DNA of 25,295 nucleotides, from assembly GCA_037443265.1 (NCBI GenBank), contig JBBIOR010000026.1:1-25295 (forward strand), written 5' to 3'. This DNA comes from Candidatus Fraserbacteria bacterium. GTDB taxonomy: Bacteria; Bipolaricaulota; Bipolaricaulia; RBG-16-55-9. Position numbers and translations under genes: made by a program. Shown here piece by piece: positions 1-6,098 of this stretch. The notes below the pieces were generated by a model. It had not been told where the DNA came from. It made no database searches and worked only from the letters and a program-made list of their open reading frames with translations. Numbering within the stretch: the stretch's first letter is position 1; each line of letters opens with the position of its first letter.

Positions 1-912
1 GTGGCCGACTCTCACGCCGTCGACGGTCGGAGCCTCAACCAGCATGCCCTGAAAACTGAAGCCCAGCGACCAGCGGTGGGCCCACGTGGACGGAGTCCCG
101 CAGGAATTCCCACCGAAGCTGCCCTCATTGCCGGCCACCACTATATACAGATGGAGTTCATTCGTAGAGAGATAGCCATCTCCGTTAGCGTCAAATAGCG
201 AATAGTTCACCCAGGGATCGGAAGCCACAATCGCATCCCTGGTGAGCTGGCGGTGGCAGTTGCCGATGTTGCCTCCACACAAGGGGTTGGCGTAGCTTAA
301 GGTCACCATCACGACACCGTTGTTAGAGGTTCCGTATGATTCGTTCGCCGGTGCCATGGTGATCGTGCCGTAGGAGACAGTATCCCAATAGTTTTTCGTG
401 CTTGTGGGTGTGTAGGTGCCCCCTCCGGAGAAGAAGTGCTGGGCCAGCTCGGCCTCCGTCACCCCTTTGCGGGCCGACGGAGTAAAGTCAATAAAGATGA
501 CGAGCAAGCGATGGGTTCCCGGCGTCGGAGCCGCAGGCTGCACGCCTTGAGGAAGCACACCGGGAGCCCCGAAGGGCCTGACCCGAGCTGGAGGACGTAG
601 GTGCTTGCGCAGGCCGATGGGGCTGTCCCGCCCCACCACCCGATTCGAAGGCACGAGCCGTCCGGTTGCATCCGTGATCGCGTAGACCCAACGATCGAAG
701 GCGTCCCGGAGGATCGTATATCCATCGGCGGTCTCCGTGCCGTTTTGCCACTCGTCGCCCCAGAGGCGGGCCCAGAAGACAAAGCCATCCGGCTGCTTGA
801 GCTGAAAGGGCTCAGGCGAGGCGGGAACGGCCCAGGCCATAGCCTCCCCAAAGAGCAGCGCCCCGAGAAACCCCATCATTAGACTTCTCAGACAAAAGCT
901 GATGCTTTTCAC
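1..912 (-). CDS. Secreted M6-family (immune inhibitor A-like) metalloprotease, N-terminal 304 codons; runs off the left edge
   Basis: Not in the ORF track because there is no stop in the window. Manual translation from GTG at 912 (AGGGG RBS, just after the stop of the upstream gene) is open to base 1. It gives a signal peptide, then VPASPEPFQLKQPDGFVFWARLWGDEWQNGTETADGYTI (typical M6-domain protein N-terminus), LLVIFIDF, DPWVNYSLFDANGDG and WAHRW. The HExxH motif would lie beyond the window. Confidence 0.85.
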   Translation of the reverse strand, partial: MKSISFCLRSLMMGFLGALLFGEAMAWAVPASPEPFQLKQPDGFVFWARLWGDEWQNGTETADGYTILRDAFDRWVYAITDATGRLVPSNRVVGRDSPIGLRKHLRPPARVRPFGAPGVLPQGVQPAAPTPGTHRLLVIFIDFTPSARKGVTEAELAQHFFSGGGTYTPTSTKNYWDTVSYGTITMAPANESYGTSNNGVVMVTLSYANPLCGGNIGNCHRQLTRDAIVASDPWVNYSLFDANGDGYLSTNELHLYIVVAGNEGSFGGNSCGTPSTWAHRWSLGFSFQGMLVEAPTVDGVRVGH

Positions 913-920
913 GATCCCCT

Positions 921-1352
921 TCACTCCAGGATGTCAACGGCGCTGATCCAGAACCGCTGGCCACGCTCATCGCCCACCAGGCGTACTGTGGCCTTGATCT
1001 TCTTGCCGAAGAGCTCCGGTGCCAGCATTTCTTTGGAGAAGGCCTCGATCACATCCCCAGCCTTGACTAAATTGAGCCCCTCTGGGCTGACCGGCTCGGA
1101 CGTGAGTACCTCTAGCACGAGGGAGTAGAGCGTCGTCTCCTCCTCAGAGCCTAAAAGCTTGGCATTCCAGATGGAGTACTTCAGCACATGAGCAGTGATG
1201 GCACTGGCATTGGGGCCCACCGGTGCCTGTGAGGGCGGTTGCGGTGGAGGCAAAGGAGAAGTGAGACTGAGCCCGCTCCCCTGCCCGCCGTAGAGGCCGA
1301 GCAAAATCAGCAGCACGCTCAGGCTGCTCCAGCGGCTTTGCACGCGCATCAT
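921..1352 (-). CDS. Exported hypothetical protein (143 aa), paralog of 1363-1755
   Basis: ATG at 1352 with AAGGGG RBS right after the upstream stop. Hydrophobic signal-like N-terminus, Pro-rich linker, then motifs QAPxxPN, LEVLTS and RLVGDERGQxxWI. The ORF-track extension to 1511 overlaps the upstream gene. Confidence 0.8.
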   Translation of the reverse strand: MMRVQSRWSSLSVLLILLGLYGGQGSGLSLTSPLPPPQPPSQAPVGPNASAITAHVLKYSIWNAKLLGSEEETTLYSLVLEVLTSEPVSPEGLNLVKAGDVIEAFSKEMLAPELFGKKIKATVRLVGDERGQRFWISAVDILE

Positions 1353-1362
1353 AAAGCCCCTT

Positions 1363-1755
1363 TTACGGAGTGAGAACTTCGATCTGGTCAATCCAGAGCT
1401 GCTGGCCACGCTCGTCCCCCACCAAGCGCGCAACAGCCCGGATCGTCTGGCCGAGTAGCTCCAAGGCGATCTCCAAGCGGGTGTTGGCCCAAAGCGTCTG
1501 GCCTGGGGCAATCAAGCTGGGGAGCCCCGGTCTGAGGGGCTTGGAGGTCAGCACTTCAAGATACAAGCGTTTAAGCGAGTTGCCCGGCATGTATTGAAGG
1601 GTCTGGACGTAGGCGGTGACCAGGCTGCCGTTGGGGATAATGGGTGCTTGCCCTGGAGGCGTCCGATAGATCATGCTGCATCCGCTGTAGAGGATCGCGC
1701 TCAGGAGCAGCCCGAAACTGAGCCCACTGCGCACCCATTGGACCACGGTGGTCAT
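1363..1755 (-). CDS. Hypothetical lipoprotein (130 aa), paralog of 921-1352
   Basis: Hydrophobic stretch ending in a lipobox-like LYSG-C; shares QAPxxPN, LEVLTS and RLVGDERGQxxWI with the downstream gene; starts 3 nt after the upstream stop. Confidence 0.8.
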   Translation of the reverse strand: MTTVVQWVRSGLSFGLLLSAILYSGCSMIYRTPPGQAPIIPNGSLVTAYVQTLQYMPGNSLKRLYLEVLTSKPLRPGLPSLIAPGQTLWANTRLEIALELLGQTIRAVARLVGDERGQQLWIDQIEVLTP

Positions 1756-1758
1756 CCT

Positions 1759-3186
1759 TCAGCGTAACATCACTTGGACTTCGATCACCCCTACGCCTTC
1801 TTTGAGGGGTTCCAAGGCCTTGCCGATGATGGCGCCGATGCAGCGGACGGCTTCGGGGCAGGCCATGGCGTAGCCGGGGATGGGGGAACTCACCAAGAGA
1901 TCTCCGACTTTGATCTCTCCGTACTTGGCGATGGCCTTGACGGGGACGCGGCCGGCCAAGGCGACCATGGGGCGATTGTCCTCCCAGTGCTCCTCTTCGG
2001 CGTTGAAGTTGTTATTGAGCACGATGGCTGGCGCGGCGGTGATGATGCCGGCGACGCGGGTGCTTATGGCCTCGCGGGCCTTGCGGAACTTGCCCGGCGT
2101 GTTGGGATCGATCTCGACGACATCGCCCGGTTCCACCGCCTCGGTGACGTCGATGCGTTCGGCGACGTCGGCGCCCGTGCCGGTATTGAAGGCAGCCCCG
2201 TTGAAGGAGCCATCGGCGCGGACGTTGCCGTCGAGATCCACGCTGAAGACCGTGTTGGCCGGACTCACTGCGGTGTTGCGGACCTCGATGGCGTTGGTGC
2301 CGGCGGAGGCATCCACGCGCAGGGCGGTCTGGTTAATCGTATTTTGTATGTGTAGCTTCGCTTCAGGTGTAAAAGGTATGACGGGCGAACCTGCTGCAAC
2401 TTTCGCTATGCCTACATTTCCAGTAGCTCCGTTTATCATAAAGAGCGCGTCTTCTACATAGGTGCTCCCTGGTGGTGAGCGTCGCAGGCTGAATTGATCA
2501 AGCGCAGCTCCTAGCATTAGCTTCCACTGACTTTTAGAAGGGTCGCCAACGACATTAAACTCGGAGACGTTGGCGTTGAACTGGGTATTGTTCCCTGGAC
2601 CTTGGGTAAAGAAGTTTGGCACTGTGCCGGCCCCGAAGAACTGGATCACTCCTCGGATGTTGACCGATTTATCATCCTGGGAAGTGAAGGAGCTGCTTCC
2701 TACCAAAAGCCTTCCGGGGACGATGGCGTCAGGATCTCCTACAGTGGCTTGGGGCTGAATGCCTTCACGGGGAAGCGGCCCAGGCTGGTAGGGCTGCGGC
2801 GGGCGCCCCACCTGCAGCACGCCGTCCAGCACCGCCAGCTTGCCCACCCACCGGTGGACCTGCCCTTGGGCATTCTGAGCCGTCAGCACGTAGAGGAGGA
2901 CCCCATTGGCCACACGCTGCCCCTGCTGAGTGACCAGCGGCCACTCCAGAGTGCGGCCCAGAACCCAGGGGCTCTCATAGATCGGCTCCCCGGCCAGATT
3001 GAAGATCCGGACCTGAATGGCCTCGATCCCAGCCTTCTGGACCGTAAAGCGCACGGCATCTTGATAGCTGCTTAAAACCACCAGAGTTTGCTCCGCCCCG
3101 CTGGAGCCAACCATACCAGCCATGACAAGCGCAACCCCAAGGAAGGCCATCAACTTCCACCCGCGGCTTGATACGGCTTTCAACAT
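1759..3186 (-). CDS. Secreted fibre/tailspike-like protein with N-terminal FlgD-Ig/T9SS-CTD-like domain and C-terminal Peptidase_G2/IMC-like autocleavage chaperone domain
   Basis: AAGGAGG RBS and signal peptide. N-terminal VRIFNLAG..LEW...GQRVANGVLLY motif. Beta-rich middle with GNVGI. C-terminal ADVAE..GDVV..VALAGRVPVK..IKVGDLLVSS..GYAM..IIGKALE signature. Confidence 0.7.
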   Translation of the reverse strand: MLKAVSSRGWKLMAFLGVALVMAGMVGSSGAEQTLVVLSSYQDAVRFTVQKAGIEAIQVRIFNLAGEPIYESPWVLGRTLEWPLVTQQGQRVANGVLLYVLTAQNAQGQVHRWVGKLAVLDGVLQVGRPPQPYQPGPLPREGIQPQATVGDPDAIVPGRLLVGSSSFTSQDDKSVNIRGVIQFFGAGTVPNFFTQGPGNNTQFNANVSEFNVVGDPSKSQWKLMLGAALDQFSLRRSPPGSTYVEDALFMINGATGNVGIAKVAAGSPVIPFTPEAKLHIQNTINQTALRVDASAGTNAIEVRNTAVSPANTVFSVDLDGNVRADGSFNGAAFNTGTGADVAERIDVTEAVEPGDVVEIDPNTPGKFRKAREAISTRVAGIITAAPAIVLNNNFNAEEEHWEDNRPMVALAGRVPVKAIAKYGEIKVGDLLVSSPIPGYAMACPEAVRCIGAIIGKALEPLKEGVGVIEVQVMLR

Positions 3187-3239
3187 GACAACCCCTCCTT
3201 TGTGTGATTGACCATCTTCAGTCTCCGAGCTTTAAACCC

Positions 3240-3267
3240 ATTTTACGCTTTACGCCCCCCCTGTCAA
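3240..3267 (-). promoter_or_regulatory. sigma70-type promoter for the exported-protein operon
   Basis: Minus-strand TTGACA (3267-3262), 16-nt spacer, TAAAAT (3245-3240), upstream of the RBS at 3194-3200. Confidence 0.65.
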
Positions 3268-3321
3268 GCACGCCTCGTCGCGTCGAAAGCCCTTGCGCCT
3301 GCTTCTTGCCTCCTTCAGCCC

Positions 3322-3351
3322 TTGCGGGTACGCAAACCCAGGGACTATAAT
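3322..3351 (+). promoter_or_regulatory. Putative sigma70-type promoter for the coiled-coil nuclease gene
   Basis: TTGCGG (3322-3327), 18-nt spacer, perfect TATAAT (3346-3351), 15 nt before ATG 3367. Confidence 0.5.
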
Positions 3352-3366
3352 CACTATGAGTACACT

Positions 3367-4134
3367 ATGGAAGAATTTCGTGGTCTTACGGCGGAGATGT
3401 ATCGGGCAATCGTCGCAGTGGTGGACGATCGGCTCAAAGAGATCCGCGTCGCCCGAGAAGACTTCCAGCAGCTCAGCCAAACTGTAGCTCAGCTGGCACA
3501 GGCGCAAGCGCGCACTGAGCAGCGGCTGGAGGAGCTGGCGCAGGCACAAGCACGTACTGAGCAGCGGCTAGAACAGCTGGCCCAAGCGCAAGTACGTACT
3601 GACGAGAGATTGGGACGACTGGAGGCTGCCCAGGAGCAGACGCAACAGGCCCTACGTCAGCTGGCAGAGGCTCAGGCGCGCACCGAACAAGCCTTGCAGC
3701 AGCTGGTTATTCAAGTCGGTGCTCTCAGTGAGAATGTCGGCTATGGTTTGGAAGACATCGCGCGCGTCGTGCTGCCCGGGTACCTGAAGCACCGCTATGG
3801 AATTGAATTAGAGCGCTTAGAGTGCCGTATCTTTCGAGTTGACGGTCAGGTAATCGAGGTCGATCTCTATGGGGAGGGCAAGCAAGAGAGGCGGCGGGTG
3901 GTGGTGCTGGGTGAGGTAAAGTCCCGCATCTATGCACGGGAGGTAAGCCAGTTCCAGAAGAATATAGAGGCAGTGCAGGCCCAGTTACCTGCGGAGCCGG
4001 TGCCGTTAATGTTTGGGTACTTTATCGATCTGTCGGCTCTGGAGGCTGCTCAAGAGAGGATGCTTTTGATTGCTTCGTATCAGCCGGTGGTGGAGCTTTC
4101 TCCGCCATCGCCTCGCCGCAAGGGCGGGCATTAA
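3367..4134 (+). CDS. Coiled-coil repeat protein with C-terminal PD-(D/E)xK nuclease-like domain (DUF3782-like architecture)
   Basis: Likely start MEEFRGL at 3367; LAQAQARTEQRLEE repeats; C-terminal GYGLED...EVDLYG...LGEVKS motif. Confidence 0.8.
   Translation: MEEFRGLTAEMYRAIVAVVDDRLKEIRVAREDFQQLSQTVAQLAQAQARTEQRLEELAQAQARTEQRLEQLAQAQVRTDERLGRLEAAQEQTQQALRQLAEAQARTEQALQQLVIQVGALSENVGYGLEDIARVVLPGYLKHRYGIELERLECRIFRVDGQVIEVDLYGEGKQERRRVVVLGEVKSRIYAREVSQFQKNIEAVQAQLPAEPVPLMFGYFIDLSALEAAQERMLLIASYQPVVELSPPSPRRKGGH
3493..3702 (+). repeat. Five degenerate in-frame 42-bp (14-aa) tandem repeats
   Basis: Units start at 3493, 3535, 3577, 3619 and 3661, each beginning CTGG, and encode LAQAQARTEQRLEE variants. 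Confidence 0.9.
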
Positions 4135-6098
4135 CTCGTTCTCAATCGCTGCGGCCGCCACCGGAACCCCCACTTCGCTTCAAAGCGCTGCCGATTGCGC
4201 TCAAAGAGCTTTAGATAAGCCTCATCACCCTGTTCGCCCATGGTGCCCCTCCCGAAGTGGTGTACGAAAACGTCTTCGGCGCAGATGAGCTTATACCCAC
4301 CGAGCTTGACCCGATGGGAGTAGTCGTCGTCCTCAAACGTCCCCAGCTCAAAGCGCTCATCGAGCAGACCGACTTGGTCGACGATTTTTCTCGGTATCGT
4401 CACACAGAACATGGCCAGCATCTCGATCTCGAAGCTCTGCTCCTCGTGAGTTATGAAGCGTCGTTGGGCGAAGGTTTCCAACTCTTCTAGGTTTGCATAA
4501 GCTGCAGGGATCATTTGCTCGTTGCCAGCCGAATTCGTGACGGGGCCCACCATGCCTATCTGCTTGTCTCTCTCTAGATGGTGGATCAGCCGGGAGAGCC
4601 AGCCGGGGGTGACGATCGTATCGTTGTTGAGCAAGATGATATAGTCTCCTCGTGATCGCATGATGCCTTGGTTATTGGCATGAGCGAAGCCTTCGTTATG
4701 CTCGTTGAAGATGACCTGCATATTTGGGATGCTCTGCTTCAGACCCTCTAGATAAGCGCGGGTCCCATCTGTGGAGGCGTTGTCCACTACGATCAGCTCG
4801 AAGTTTGGATAATCGGTGTTATGATAAAGGCTTTCTAAACACAAGCGCGTGAAGGGCAGTTTATTATGTGTCGGGATAATGATGCTGACACCGGGATCCC
4901 TAAAGTTTAGATCAGCGATGTTTTTTAACGCTTGGTGAAGACGAACGTCCTCTGCCCAAGCTTGAAGGGCGTCTGCCACCGAATTTGAGGGGAGAAAGAT
5001 TTTGGCTGCAAGGGGTGCAGGTGAGGGTAGAATACGCTTGAGGAGGCGTTTCCATGTATAAGGCAAGCGGAGGCGTCCCCAAGCCTGCCATGCCTTATAC
5101 CTACGATGAAATCTTTTGCGAAGGGCTTGCCTTAGCCAACTCTCTTGCAACAGGCCAGCGATATATTTGACGGATACTGATCGCCGTCGCTGAATTTCCC
5201 ATCTCTTCCGCAGCAGGCTGGGTAAGGCCTTTAGGGCATCCCACTTGGCCCGTAAGAACGGACCGGCTTGGCCTCTACGCATATAAAAGAGAAATAAAGC
5301 GACATTCAGCAACAGGTGCGATGGTAATGATCGCCACAACAGAGGTCCGGGCATGTTCTTGATATAGACGTACTCTGCGTTGCGATGGCCGTAATAGATG
5401 TAGGTGTCGCTGTCCACACCGATAGTGGCGCTGACGTGGTGATAGACAATGGCGGTAGGAACATAGAGACAGCGATGGCCTCTCAACTGGGCGCGGAAAC
5501 TAAGATCAGTGTCTTCATGTGCCAAGAAAAAGTCCTCATCAAACCCCCCTAGTTCTTCAAGGAGTTCTCTACGATAGATGGCAGCTCCTGCGCAGGCGCC
5601 GAAGACTTCCTGAGGCTCATTGTATAAGACTGTGAGTTGGAGGCGTCCTAACTTTCCTCCGGTGCCGTCGATGCTGTAGAAGTCGCCGCAGGCATCTGCC
5701 AATTCTCGTCGATCGTAGACCAGCATCTTCGAGGCGCAGAAGTCGATATCTGGGCGAGATTCGAGCGCCTTGACTAGTTCTTCCAGCCAGTGGGGGTCGA
5801 CTTCTGTGTCGTTGTTCAGTAAGGCAATATATTTGCCTCGTGCGTGCTGGACACCGATGTTGTTCGCAGCGCTGAATCCAACGTTTCTGTCGAGTTGAAT
5901 AAGCAAAACCTCTGGAAACTGCTCTTGGACGAGTTGTGCTGAGCCATCCATGGATCCGTTATCCACTACAATCGTTTCAAAGTCCTTAAAGATTTGTCGG
6001 CGCAAGGTTTCTAGGCACTTCTTCAAGAGTTCCTTGCCGTTCCAGTTTACTATAATAACGCTTACACGAGGGGAGCAAGAATTATTTGTGAACATCAT
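4131..6098 (-). CDS. Two-domain GT2 glycosyltransferase (WbbL/RfbF-like rhamnosyltransferase type)
   Basis: Two GT2 modules: VSVIIVNWN..VVDNGS..LLNNDT..GGFDEDFF..EDTD, and VSIIIPTHN..VVDNAS..LLNNDT..LDERF..EDDD. Start is 6101, 6098 or 6095, overlapping the upstream stop. Confidence 0.9.
   Translation of the reverse strand: MMFTNNSCSPRVSVIIVNWNGKELLKKCLETLRRQIFKDFETIVVDNGSMDGSAQLVQEQFPEVLLIQLDRNVGFSAANNIGVQHARGKYIALLNNDTEVDPHWLEELVKALESRPDIDFCASKMLVYDRRELADACGDFYSIDGTGGKLGRLQLTVLYNEPQEVFGACAGAAIYRRELLEELGGFDEDFFLAHEDTDLSFRAQLRGHRCLYVPTAIVYHHVSATIGVDSDTYIYYGHRNAEYVYIKNMPGPLLWRSLPSHLLLNVALFLFYMRRGQAGPFLRAKWDALKALPSLLRKRWEIQRRRSVSVKYIAGLLQESWLRQALRKRFHRRYKAWQAWGRLRLPYTWKRLLKRILPSPAPLAAKIFLPSNSVADALQAWAEDVRLHQALKNIADLNFRDPGVSIIIPTHNKLPFTRLCLESLYHNTDYPNFELIVVDNASTDGTRAYLEGLKQSIPNMQVIFNEHNEGFAHANNQGIMRSRGDYIILLNNDTIVTPGWLSRLIHHLERDKQIGMVGPVTNSAGNEQMIPAAYANLEELETFAQRRFITHEEQSFEIEMLAMFCVTIPRKIVDQVGLLDERFELGTFEDDDYSHRVKLGGYKLICAEDVFVHHFGRGTMGEQGDEAYLKLFERNRQRFEAKWGFRWRPQRLRTS

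Noticed and set aside
1..882. ORF-track calls 1..198, 459..851, 488..751 and 601..882
   Set aside because: All are shadows of the uncalled minus-strand M6 protease frame (912 to <1).
1759..3186. Prophage tail gene / prophage remnant
   Set aside because: The protein has a signal peptide and there are no capsid, terminase, integrase or other phage genes nearby.
3493..3702. 42-bp periodic repeats as a possible CRISPR array
   Set aside because: The units are contiguous, in frame, degenerate at synonymous positions and have no spacers; there are no cas genes.
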